From: Bacilli bacterium
GTDB taxonomy: Bacteria > Bacillota_I > Bacilli_A > RFN20 > CAG-826
Assembly (NCBI GenBank): GCA_045631885.1
Contig: JAZQVN010000039.1
Span: 12,608 to 76,607, forward strand
Direction: 5' to 3'
DNA: 64,000 nucleotides
In this document: positions 27,508 through 36,700 of the stretch, piece by piece
Layout: each line of letters starts with the position of its first letter
How positions within the stretch are numbered: position 1 is the stretch's first letter
Made by a program: the position numbers and the translations under genes
Notes under the pieces: generated by a model
What the model saw: the letters and a program-made list of their open reading frames with translations, nothing else
Databases searched by the model: none
What the model was told of the DNA's origin: nothing

Positions 27508-29952
27508 ATGAAAGCTAAACACACCGACTATTCTTTAAACCTCATTGACCAATTAACTTTAGAAGAGAAGATTGCTTTAGTCGCGGGGCATGATTTCATG
27601 TACACGAACGCTATACCGAGATTTAACATACCTTCAATTAGGATGAGTGATGGCCCTCATGGTTTAAGAGTGCAAGAACCAGGCGCGATTGAAGTGACTG
27701 GCACATCTATCGCAACATGCTTTCCAACTGCAGGGGCAACTTCTAATAGCTTTAACCCTGAACTATTAAAAGAAATGGGAATAGCGATGGGAGAAGAAGC
27801 TAGATACTACGGCATCGACATCATCTTAGGACCTGGAGCTAATATTAAAAGAAATCCATTGTGTGGTCGTAATTTCGAATATTTCAGTGAAGATCCTTTC
27901 CTCGCTGGTAGATTAGGGGCAAAAGAAGTTGAAGGCATTCAATCCCAAGGGATTGGAACATCTTTAAAACACTTTGCATTTAACGGTGAAGAAAACCATC
28001 GTTTCATGGGTAATTCTATTGTCGATATGCGCGCAGCGAGAGAAATCTATTTAAGACAATTTGAATATATTATTAAAAACGCCCATCCAGAAACAGTGAT
28101 GAACGCATATAACAAAGTGAATAACTTCTATTGCAGTGAAAGTAAATGGTTATTAACTGATGTCTTAAGAACTGATTGGGGCTTTGATGGTTTGGTCATG
28201 ACTGACTGGGGCGCGACCCACGACAGAATCGGAGCGATTAAAGCCGGAAACGATTTAGAGATGCCAGGCGACACAGTTATCTGCCGTAAATGGATTTTTG
28301 ATGCGATTAATAACGGTGAATTAGATATCAAAGAATTAGATGAAAGAGTCTTAACAGTTCTCGATTTAGTTTCTAAACATATTAATAAAAACAAATTAGA
28401 AGAATTAGACTGGGACAAACATCATGATTTAGCAAGAAGAATTGCGGAAGAATCCGCGGTCCTTCTTAAAAACAACGGTTTATTACCTTTAAATAAAGAA
28501 GAAAGACTTTGTATTGTTGGAGAATTATTCTCCAAGATGAGATATCAAGGCGCAGGTTCTTCGATGATCACATCGAGTAAATTAACAACATGCAAAGACG
28601 CCTTTGATAACCACGAAATTAATTACGTGTTTTTCAAAGGATATAAAGATAGTGAAAAAGAACCATCCGAAGCCTTACTTAAAGAAGCGGTGGAGGGTTC
28701 AAAAGAATTTGATAAAGTTATCGTCTTTATTGGTTTAACTGACTATGAAGAAACAGAAGGCGGAGATAGAGATACGATGGCGTTACCGAGTAATCAATTA
28801 GCCTTAATTGATGCCTTACTTGAAAATAACAAAAAAGTCATCGTTGTCTTAGCGGGTGGTTCAGTAGTAGAACTTCCTTTCGCTGATAAAGTCGAAAGCA
28901 TCCTCCATATGTTCTTACCAGGACAAAATGGTGGAGAAGCTACTTATAACATCTTATTCGGTAATGTTAACCCAAGTGGTAGACTCTCTGAGACTTGGCC
29001 AATTAGTTATCAAGACGTTCCATTTGGTGATGAATTCGGTAATAGAAAGAACCTACCATATAAAGAATCAATCTATGTCGGATATCGTTATTATCTAACG
29101 ATGAATAAAGAAGTAAGATATCCATTTGGTTATGGTCTATCATACACAACATTCGATTATAGTGGGTTAGAACTAAAAGAAGAGAAAGAGAAGATTAAAG
29201 TCAGCTTAACGGTGAAGAATACAGGTAAAGTTGATGGAAAAGAAACTGTCCAAATCTACGTTAAAGGTCCAGAAAGTAGTTTCTTTAAGCCATTAAGAGA
29301 ATTAAAAGGTTTCACAAAAGTATTTTTAAAGGCCGGACAATCTCAAAAAGTCGAAGTTGTTATCAGTAAAGATGATCTTAAATATTGGAACGTAAAAGAC
29401 AATGAATTCTCCTTAGAAAAAGGCGAATATGTCTTCCAAGTCTGCCGTAACTCAAGAGACATCGCCTTAGAAAGTAAATTAACTCTTGATGGAGAGAATC
29501 TTGATAATATTTACGAAAAAGATGTGCAAATTGCGTATAAAAACTTTGAAATAGATAATTTAATCTTTGAAAAGTTATATGGTGATAAGATTCCAGAAGA
29601 TCCAAATACCAAACCGATTACACTTGAAAGTAGGTTCGATGAACTAAAGCAAACATTTATGGGTAGAATCTTATTTAAAGCTGTCGTTGGTGCTATGGGC
29701 AAAGATATGAAGAAAGCGAAAAAACTCCCTGAAGGAAGCGAAAGAGATAACCGCTTAAAATCAGCGATGGCGATGCAAAAAATGATGTTGACAAACTCCT
29801 TAATAACGATGTCTATGTCAGCGGGAACAATGTTCCCTTATAACCTTGCTGAAGGATTCAAGGAATTAGCGAATGGTCATATATTTAAAGGTATCGGTCA
29901 TATGATGAAAAAGGTTAAAGCTCCTAAATTACCAATTAATAAAAAGAAATAG
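27508..29952 (+). CDS. GH3 beta-glucosidase (BglX-like) with an FnIII-like domain and an unusual ~120-aa basic C-terminal extension.
   Basis: The GH3 N-domain motifs are RMSDGPHGLR, GFDGLVMTDWGA and KHFAFNGEE. The C-domain and FnIII-like region follow. The basic tail (KKAKKLPEGSERDN...KKVKAPKLPINKKK) is not typical of GH3. Confidence 0.8.
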   Translation: MKAKHTDYSLNLIDQLTLEEKIALVAGHDFMYTNAIPRFNIPSIRMSDGPHGLRVQEPGAIEVTGTSIATCFPTAGATSNSFNPELLKEMGIAMGEEARYYGIDIILGPGANIKRNPLCGRNFEYFSEDPFLAGRLGAKEVEGIQSQGIGTSLKHFAFNGEENHRFMGNSIVDMRAAREIYLRQFEYIIKNAHPETVMNAYNKVNNFYCSESKWLLTDVLRTDWGFDGLVMTDWGATHDRIGAIKAGNDLEMPGDTVICRKWIFDAINNGELDIKELDERVLTVLDLVSKHINKNKLEELDWDKHHDLARRIAEESAVLLKNNGLLPLNKEERLCIVGELFSKMRYQGAGSSMITSSKLTTCKDAFDNHEINYVFFKGYKDSEKEPSEALLKEAVEGSKEFDKVIVFIGLTDYEETEGGDRDTMALPSNQLALIDALLENNKKVIVVLAGGSVVELPFADKVESILHMFLPGQNGGEATYNILFGNVNPSGRLSETWPISYQDVPFGDEFGNRKNLPYKESIYVGYRYYLTMNKEVRYPFGYGLSYTTFDYSGLELKEEKEKIKVSLTVKNTGKVDGKETVQIYVKGPESSFFKPLRELKGFTKVFLKAGQSQKVEVVISKDDLKYWNVKDNEFSLEKGEYVFQVCRNSRDIALESKLTLDGENLDNIYEKDVQIAYKNFEIDNLIFEKLYGDKIPEDPNTKPITLESRFDELKQTFMGRILFKAVVGAMGKDMKKAKKLPEGSERDNRLKSAMAMQKMMLTNSLITMSMSAGTMFPYNLAEGFKELANGHIFKGIGHMMKKVKAPKLPINKKK

Positions 29953-29964
29953 AAGTTTTCCTTA

Positions 29965-30255
29965 TTGTTGGCTTTTGATATGGCGAATACTAAGCAACAT
30001 AATCCATATAAACATTTAGTGGACGTCTATTCTGTTTCCAAGACTGACCCGATTAATCCAGCGTTATTAAAAGAGTGTTTGGAACTCTACGCTGAAGAAG
30101 AAAATAAAGGACGAGAAGAATTATTATTTGATAAATATCATTATGTCTATCAAATACCGAAAGATAAGAAGTTCTCTAGAGGTTTTATATTCTCCGCTAT
30201 ACAAGCTGGATATAACGTTGATGATCAAGAAATGATTAAAGAAGTCAACGCTTAG
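29965..30255 (+). CDS. Hypothetical small protein.
   Basis: The ORF lies tightly downstream of the GH3 gene. No domain was recognised. Confidence 0.35.
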   Translation: MLAFDMANTKQHNPYKHLVDVYSVSKTDPINPALLKECLELYAEEENKGREELLFDKYHYVYQIPKDKKFSRGFIFSAIQAGYNVDDQEMIKEVNA

Positions 30256-30299
30256 TTAAAGCGTTGTAATCTTAATTCTTAATATATAAAATATTAGAT

Positions 30300-31562
30300 A
30301 TGAGTATAAATGTTATATTCAATATTACTGTGTGTCTTGTTGGCATCATCTTTTTGACTATCCATGCAGTTGATACAGGACTTAAAAAGAATAAAAGAAA
30401 AGATGAAATTAATTTATTAATCTTCATCATTTTTACAATTGTCCACTTCGCTACATATTTAACATTTACTGTTATCAAAATGTATTACACCAGTGATCCA
30501 TTTATCATTGGCTTCTATACAACGTTCTATATCATGAATAATGTTGAGCTCATTTTGCTCTTCATATATACGATTTCATATGTCTCGATTAGTAAGAAAG
30601 TCAAAACAATCACATCAATAATCAATTTCAGCATATTTGGTATTTATGTACTTTTAGACATTATCAACATTTTTACCCATATGTTCTTCTCCGCGGAAAA
30701 TGGTGTATATGTGAGAAGCCCAGGTATGCTTTTCTCCCAAACTTATCAATTCATTGCTTTCATCATCGTTTTCATATTGACAGTGTTTAATAAGAAACTT
30801 AATAAAACCGAGAAAATTGCTTACTCATTATATTGTGTGTTGCCATTTATCGCGATTATCATCCAAAACTTATTACCAGGATACGCGATTGCTTATTTCT
30901 CAGTTATCATTTCAATCGAAATCTTGTTCTTGTTTGTTAACGTGAAGAAAAACCTCGAGTTAGTTAATGAAGAAAAGAAGAGCAGAGAAACGGAAATTAA
31001 ACTCATGATGTCACAGATTCAACCGCACTTCATTTATAACACACTTTCGTCAATTTCTACGCTTATTGAAATCAATCCAAAAAAAGCTCAAGAAGCCCTT
31101 GATACATTTACTGAGTATTTAAGAGCAAATCTTTCATCTTTATCAAAAACAGGACTCATTAATTTTGAAGATGAATTAAGACATATTGTGACTTATATCT
31201 CTTTAGAAAAAATTAGATTTGAGGAGAGATTGAATGTAGTTTTTGATGTAAAAGTCACAGATTTTCTTGTTCCTCCTCTTAGCATTCAACCGATCGTTGA
31301 GAACTCTGTTAAACATGGTATTTTACAGAAAATTGAAGGTGGAACAATTTCGATTAAAACATATGAAACTAACGACGCATACTTCGTTGAAATTGCGGAT
31401 GATGGAGTGGGTTTTGATATTGATAAAATTAACCTCACTTCTGGTGACCATATCGGTATCAATAATGTCCGTTATCGCTTGTCTACAATGTGCAATGGTG
31501 AGATGCATATCGATAGTGAAATTGATAAAGGCACTAAGATAGTAGTAAAATTATATAAGTAG
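30300..31562 (+). CDS. Sensor histidine kinase, LytS/YehU-like (His_kinase plus HATPase_c), with a polytopic N-terminus.
   Basis: There are about 6 TM helices. The phosphoacceptor region is QIQPHFIYNTLSSIST. The ATPase G-boxes are IADDGVGFD and GIGINNV. Confidence 0.8.
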   Translation: MSINVIFNITVCLVGIIFLTIHAVDTGLKKNKRKDEINLLIFIIFTIVHFATYLTFTVIKMYYTSDPFIIGFYTTFYIMNNVELILLFIYTISYVSISKKVKTITSIINFSIFGIYVLLDIINIFTHMFFSAENGVYVRSPGMLFSQTYQFIAFIIVFILTVFNKKLNKTEKIAYSLYCVLPFIAIIIQNLLPGYAIAYFSVIISIEILFLFVNVKKNLELVNEEKKSRETEIKLMMSQIQPHFIYNTLSSISTLIEINPKKAQEALDTFTEYLRANLSSLSKTGLINFEDELRHIVTYISLEKIRFEERLNVVFDVKVTDFLVPPLSIQPIVENSVKHGILQKIEGGTISIKTYETNDAYFVEIADDGVGFDIDKINLTSGDHIGINNVRYRLSTMCNGEMHIDSEIDKGTKIVVKLYK

Positions 31563-31563
31563 T

Positions 31564-32331
31564 ATGAAAGTATTATTAGTTGATGATGAAAAGCTCCAAT
31601 TAACAAGACTAGAATCCTCTGTTAAGAAGGTTTTAACTGATGCAGAGCTATTTTGTTATACCAATCCTATCGCAGCGATAGAAGAAAATAAGAATAATAA
31701 GTTCGACATCGCCTTTTTAGATATCGAAATGCCAAAACTAAATGGTGTTACCTTAGCGAAAATGCTCAAAGGTACTAATCCTTTAATAAATATTATCTTT
31801 GTTACCGCTTATGATAAGTTCGCTTTAGAAGCAATGCGTATACGCGCGAGTGGATTTGTCACAAAACCAGTCAACGAAGATAAAGTTCGCGAAGAAATCG
31901 AAGCGTTACGTTATCCAATTGGTATGAAACAAGAGAAAAAGATCCAAATTAAGTGCTTTGGTAACTTTGAAGTGTTCCATAATGGCGAACCAGTTCAATT
32001 CTTATATCGTAAATCAAAAGAATTATTCGCTTATCTAGTCGATAGAGAAGGTTCAGCGGTCAACATCAACGAACTGAACGCTGTTCTTTGGGAAGAAGAT
32101 CACAAATCATACCTCAGGAATCTCATCAGTGATATCCAAAAGACACTCAAGAGTCTCGACGCTAGTGAAGTATTCATCAAGAAGCACAATGAATGCTACA
32201 TTGACGTCAACACAATCGATTGCGACGCCTATGAATACAAGAGAAATAACCCTGAAGCGGTAAGGATGTACCGTGGAGAGTATATGGAACAGTATTCTTG
32301 GCCAATGTTTAATGCTGACGACGAGTATTAG
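31564..32331 (+). CDS. Response regulator: receiver domain plus a C-terminal winged-helix (OmpR/SARP-like) DNA-binding domain.
   Basis: The receiver features are LLVDDE, DIAFLDIEMP and FVTAYD. The C-terminus is FGNFEVFHNGEPVQF...ELFAYL...LW. Confidence 0.7.
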   Translation: MKVLLVDDEKLQLTRLESSVKKVLTDAELFCYTNPIAAIEENKNNKFDIAFLDIEMPKLNGVTLAKMLKGTNPLINIIFVTAYDKFALEAMRIRASGFVTKPVNEDKVREEIEALRYPIGMKQEKKIQIKCFGNFEVFHNGEPVQFLYRKSKELFAYLVDREGSAVNINELNAVLWEEDHKSYLRNLISDIQKTLKSLDASEVFIKKHNECYIDVNTIDCDAYEYKRNNPEAVRMYRGEYMEQYSWPMFNADDEY

Positions 32332-32363
32332 AAGGCCTTTACAGTTGTCTGAGAAGTAAATTT

Positions 32364-32385
32364 GGACTTTTAAAGTCCTTTTTTT
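32364..32385 (+). terminator. Rho-independent terminator after the response regulator.
   Basis: A ggacttt/aaagtcc hairpin is followed by TTTTTTT. Confidence 0.65.
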
Positions 32386-32400
32386 GTCGGTAAAATAGTA

Positions 32401-32448
32401 TGTGACAAATTCTGACGTGATTTTGACTCTGTGACACTTCTGTGGCAC
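32401..32448. promoter_or_regulatory. Cluster of TGTGACA/TGTGGCAC half-sites (tgtgacaaa, tgtgacact, tgtggcact).
   Basis: The same composite motif recurs at 51728-51744 and 54370-54387, upstream of other genes. Confidence 0.4.
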
Positions 32449-32483
32449 TCATAATGTTATTATGATGTCGGACAAAAATGACC

Positions 32484-32604
32484 CGTGGCAAAGTAGATAA
32501 TTAAGCCACGAAATCCCTATATTAGTTACTATGTAACTAAATGTAGCAAATTGATCAATATAGACTTTTTCGAGAAAGTCATTAACATATCAAGCATTGT
32601 TAAT
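32484..32604. promoter_or_regulatory. Inverted-repeat-rich intergenic segment upstream of the T4SS-like operon; candidate oriT or regulatory region.
   Basis: Five palindromic elements are clustered here: (i) cgtggc-N15-gccacg at 32484-32510; (ii) TTAGTTAC-tat-GTAACTAA at 32522-32540; (iii) the palindrome ATTGATCAAT at 32550-32559; (iv) GACTTT-N5-AAAGTC at 32564-32580; (v) ATTAACA-N10-TGTTAAT at 32581-32604. Confidence 0.4.
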
Positions 32605-32725
32605 TGAAAAACGAATTAAAAGCCTGTATTTATGTCATTTCCAAAAAAGGACTTGACAAATGTAAAGCCCAATACACCAATTAGACGTATAGTCAATTGA
32701 GAGAGGCGAGGAGCAAAACAAGCGA

Positions 32726-34318
32726 ATGAAGCACAAATTGATCAGAGGACTAATCGCATTATCCATGTTATTTGGTTCTTTTGTTGTTGCCGCTTGTAGC
32801 CGTTCCAAGACCATCTCCGGTATTCATATGAGTAACGAGGAAAGAGTGGATGTTCCTTTTGGTAATTTCTCATATGAAGGCGTCAAAGTGACTGTTGATT
32901 ATGTCGGTGGTGATCATACCGAAATCAATCTAGAAGAAAATATGATTCCCGAAATAGAAAGATTGAAGTTCTACAAGATTGGTGAGCAAGATGTCAAAGT
33001 CACTTTCCGTGATAAATTCAACACCATCATGAAGATTAATGTCGCCCTTAATAAATTTAACGATATCTATGCACTTAATGGTTATGAATGCGTTTATGAT
33101 GGTTTACCACATCAAGTAGCGTTAAATCATGAACTACCAGAAGGTGCGACTATTACTTATCCAAGAGGAAATACATTTACTAACGCTGGCACATACCAAA
33201 TCATCGGCGTTATTGAAAAATATGGTTATGAATCTAAAACATTACAAGCGACATTAAATATTCTTCCTGCACAAAGAGATGCAAGTGGTATTGTTTTCCA
33301 AGATAAAACAGTTACATATGATGGAGAACAACAAACAATTGAAGCTACTGGTGTCCCAGAAGGTATCGAAGTCACATATGACGCGTATAATTACACAACG
33401 GGCACGAGAATTAATAGAGTAGTTAGCGCGGGCACATATAAGATTGTTGCCCACTTTAACGATGCGAATTCCAATTATGAAAAGATTCCTGATAAAGAAG
33501 CGATTTTGACAATTGAAAAAGCTACATATGATTTATCAACAATTAAAGTCCCAGATCACGTCAAAGAATACGATGGTGAAGATTATACACCTGTATTAAT
33601 GAATAAAGATAAATTACCTAGAGGTGTCTCGGTAACATTTAAAATCTTAAATAAAGATGGCATCGAAGTAATTACTAACGCGAATGTTGGTGTTTATACA
33701 ATTGTCGCCCATTTTGATGATTACGATAAAAATAACTATAACGAAATCGAAGATATGACAGGAACCCTTACGGTTACTAAAAGAGTAATCAAAGTGGAAA
33801 ATGTCGTCGTATTTAATAGTGCATCGTTTACATTTGATGAAGACGCTCATAGTATTGAAGTCACAAATCTTCCAGCGGGCGTCACAGTAGAATATGAAAA
33901 TAATGGACAAGTATACGCTGGCGAATATGCAGTTAAAGCGAAATTCTCCGCTATTAATGATTATGAAACAGTAGATGTTAGTGAAATATCTGCTTATCTC
34001 ATCATCACTAGAACAGAAGATAGAAGAACAGTCAAAGTTTATAACGACGCAACTCAAGAATACGACAAGGATTTTTCTTCAGAAAACATCTCGATTGTTG
34101 ATGGTAAAGCTGTTGTTAGCGGTTTTGATGATAGTGTCTTTGTCGTCGATGTGATTAATTTCTCAAATCTTGAAGATGGCACATTAGTCAAGGTAGAAAA
34201 CTTTGTAGACGGAACAACATACGCCTACACAGTGACCTTTAGTTATATAGATGAAAGAATGAATTATAGTGTAATTTTAGCGGCTTGTACCGGTGAATTT
34301 ACTTATCACGCAGCATAG
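32726..34318 (+). CDS. Surface lipoprotein with tandem repeated beta-sandwich (MBG/YDG-like) domains.
   Basis: The lipobox is VVAAC-SRS. A GAGGAG RBS precedes the start. Repeated ~80-aa units occur (TYDGEQQTIEATGVPEGIEVTYD...YKIVAHFND; TYDLSTIKVPDHVKEYDGEDY...YTIVAHFDD; FTFDEDAHSIEVTNLPAGVTVEY...YAVKAKFS). Confidence 0.65.
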   Translation: MKHKLIRGLIALSMLFGSFVVAACSRSKTISGIHMSNEERVDVPFGNFSYEGVKVTVDYVGGDHTEINLEENMIPEIERLKFYKIGEQDVKVTFRDKFNTIMKINVALNKFNDIYALNGYECVYDGLPHQVALNHELPEGATITYPRGNTFTNAGTYQIIGVIEKYGYESKTLQATLNILPAQRDASGIVFQDKTVTYDGEQQTIEATGVPEGIEVTYDAYNYTTGTRINRVVSAGTYKIVAHFNDANSNYEKIPDKEAILTIEKATYDLSTIKVPDHVKEYDGEDYTPVLMNKDKLPRGVSVTFKILNKDGIEVITNANVGVYTIVAHFDDYDKNNYNEIEDMTGTLTVTKRVIKVENVVVFNSASFTFDEDAHSIEVTNLPAGVTVEYENNGQVYAGEYAVKAKFSAINDYETVDVSEISAYLIITRTEDRRTVKVYNDATQEYDKDFSSENISIVDGKAVVSGFDDSVFVVDVINFSNLEDGTLVKVENFVDGTTYAYTVTFSYIDERMNYSVILAACTGEFTYHAA

Positions 34319-34331
34319 GGGGGCGAAGACA

Positions 34332-36698
34332 ATGAAGAAAATAGTGGTATTTTACATCGTAATCGCTATCTCGCTCGCTGTGAGTGCTGCCTTTACTATC
34401 GCTCTAGGAGTCAATGGTTTATTTAACGACCTTGAAGGAAATTTCCAAATTGTTACGTTAATTAGTTTTGCTCTTTTCCATTTTGTTACGACATTTTTAT
34501 TCTGTTCAGTCGTGGCATCTCATAAGTTTGCAAGTGGCAAGCCACAAGAAGTTTTATTCGTTATTTCTGCAATTTTATTAATTAGTGAAATTATCAGTTA
34601 TCTTATCTTTTCCTTAATTGATTGTGGTTTTGAGTTCGTCTCTTTAGACTGGATCGGAACATTTGTGAATATGGGTCATTCTTGGGTTTATTACTTAACA
34701 TTAGGCATAGTTTTCTTGGCCTTATTCTCGTTATATATTTTCGTGTTAAATAAAAATTTCATCGCGGTTTTGTCGACAAAAGATTCAAAATTGAAACAAG
34801 TTAAAGACGCGAATTTAGAAAATTCTCGTTGGATGAACGACAAAGAAAAGAAGTCGTTATTTAAATATCATCGTTTCAGTGAATTAGGCGAAGTCACAAA
34901 AGACGGCGTTCCTGTTGTGGCGACATTAGATAAAAACGGAAAAGATATGGAAGTCGCGTTCAATTCACCATGTCACTCCATCATCATTGGTTCCACTGGT
35001 TCTGGTAAAACCACAACATTTGTTTCCCCAATGATTCAGTTATTAGCCTCCACAAAAGCGGGCTCATCAATGGTTATCACCGATCCAAAAGGTGAACTAT
35101 TTATGCTCCATTCTCAATTATTAAAAGATAAAGGATACGATGTTAAAGTCATCGACTTACGTGATACATATTCTTCTTATCGTTGGAATCCATTAGATAG
35201 CATTTGGGATAACTTTGAAGAATATAAAAACGCCCACACAAAGGCTTATAAGAGAACAGGTGATATTTTAGCTAGTGGGTTAAAGTTAGATGAAGAAGTT
35301 TACGATGCTTCTGAAGTCAGTACTTGGTATGAATTTGACGGTAAAGCCTATGTTCAATATCAAAAATTAATTAACGCGATTAAGATTTATAAAAAGAAAA
35401 TATATGACGAAGTCTATGAAGACTTAAATGACTTAGTCACCGTTTTAATTCCAGTTGAAAATGAAAAAGATCCTCTTTGGGAAAAAGGGGCTCGTTCGAT
35501 CACTTTAGCGGTTCTTCTTGCTATGTTAGAAGACTCCTTAGATGACAACAACAATATGACCAAAGAGAAATTCAATTTCTTTAACTTAACCAAAATCTTA
35601 CAAAACTCCACGAAAGATTATGAAGATTTAAGAAATTATTTTAAAGGTAGAGATGTTTTATCTAGAGCTGCTTCTTTATCTAAACAAGTCTGTGACGCCG
35701 CTCAATCAACACGTGCATCATATATGTCTATCGTTTATGACAAGTTGATGTTATTTAACGATGCTGGTGTTTGTGCTTTAACAAGCGAATCTGAATTCTC
35801 CGCTGATGCTTTAGCGGAACACCCAACTGCCTTATTCTTAAAGATTCCTGATGAAAAAGATACCAGACATAACCTTGCCGCTATCTTTATCCTTAATATT
35901 TATAAGACATTAATTAAAGTCGCATCCGCGAGAGAAGAATTATCTCTTCCACGAAACGTCTATTTCATCATGGATGAATTCGGCAATATGCCAAAGATTT
36001 CTAAATTCGATAAGTTCATTACCGTCGGTCGTAGTAGAAAGATTTGGTTCACCATGATTATTCAATCATACGCTCAACTTAATAATGTTTATGGCGATAA
36101 TGTCGCTGATATTATCAAAGGTAACTGTGGTATCAAGATGTTTATCGGTTCTAACGATATGCAAACATGTAAAGAATATAGTGAATTATGCGGTAACATT
36201 ACCGTTGCAACTACATCAACATCCGCATCCGCGCATAGCGATGTTAATTATTCCACATCTTATCAAGTAAGACCATTAATTTATCCTTCTGAATTACAAA
36301 GATTAAATCACCCAGGAGATATTGGTCATAGTATCATCGTTACCTTTGGTAACTATCCATTAAAAACGTATTTTACTCCATCTTTCAAAGTGCCTTTATA
36401 CAAGACTGGTGAGATGGATTCTAGTGAACTTCAAGACCGCTTATTTAACGAAGCTGAGATTTTCTATAACATCAGAATTAGAAATAATCGCGTTTTAGAA
36501 AAGAAGAATGATGCACCTGTTAAAGAAGCTCCGAAAAAAGGTGGTAAGAAAGTCAATAAAGCAAGTGATTTAACTGAAGCTGAAATCCTTGAGCTTTTCA
36601 CCGAATATCAAGCAGAACATCCAGATATCACAATTAAAGAGTTCCGCGAGATGCTAAAAAACGGTGAAATTGACCTCGGAAAAGGAGGCGATAAATAG
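34332..36698 (+). CDS. Type IV coupling protein (VirD4/TraG/TcpA-like ATPase) with an N-terminal TM anchor.
   Basis: There are 3-4 N-terminal TM helices. Walker A is IIIGSTGSGKTTT and Walker B is YFIMDEFGNM. ATG at 34332 is the likely start; the track ORF begins earlier, in an overlap with the upstream gene. Confidence 0.75.
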   Translation: MKKIVVFYIVIAISLAVSAAFTIALGVNGLFNDLEGNFQIVTLISFALFHFVTTFLFCSVVASHKFASGKPQEVLFVISAILLISEIISYLIFSLIDCGFEFVSLDWIGTFVNMGHSWVYYLTLGIVFLALFSLYIFVLNKNFIAVLSTKDSKLKQVKDANLENSRWMNDKEKKSLFKYHRFSELGEVTKDGVPVVATLDKNGKDMEVAFNSPCHSIIIGSTGSGKTTTFVSPMIQLLASTKAGSSMVITDPKGELFMLHSQLLKDKGYDVKVIDLRDTYSSYRWNPLDSIWDNFEEYKNAHTKAYKRTGDILASGLKLDEEVYDASEVSTWYEFDGKAYVQYQKLINAIKIYKKKIYDEVYEDLNDLVTVLIPVENEKDPLWEKGARSITLAVLLAMLEDSLDDNNNMTKEKFNFFNLTKILQNSTKDYEDLRNYFKGRDVLSRAASLSKQVCDAAQSTRASYMSIVYDKLMLFNDAGVCALTSESEFSADALAEHPTALFLKIPDEKDTRHNLAAIFILNIYKTLIKVASAREELSLPRNVYFIMDEFGNMPKISKFDKFITVGRSRKIWFTMIIQSYAQLNNVYGDNVADIIKGNCGIKMFIGSNDMQTCKEYSELCGNITVATTSTSASAHSDVNYSTSYQVRPLIYPSELQRLNHPGDIGHSIIVTFGNYPLKTYFTPSFKVPLYKTGEMDSSELQDRLFNEAEIFYNIRIRNNRVLEKKNDAPVKEAPKKGGKKVNKASDLTEAEILELFTEYQAEHPDITIKEFREMLKNGEIDLGKGGDK

Positions 36699-36700
36699 AT

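Larger units (their letters stand above)
15498..30255 (+). other. Putative biosynthetic operon: PPTase, NRPS, MATE/GHKL fusion, STAS, PP2C-GHKL, GH3, small ORF.
   Basis: The genes are co-directional and tightly packed, with overlaps or 1-17 nt gaps. No terminator hairpin is seen between them. Confidence 0.6.

Noticed and set aside
34293-34331. The 5' extension of the coupling-protein ORF (MNLLITQHRGAKT...) in the track.
   Set aside because: It overlaps the end of the upstream lipoprotein gene. ATG at 34332 immediately precedes the TM helices, so the extension is probably not translated.
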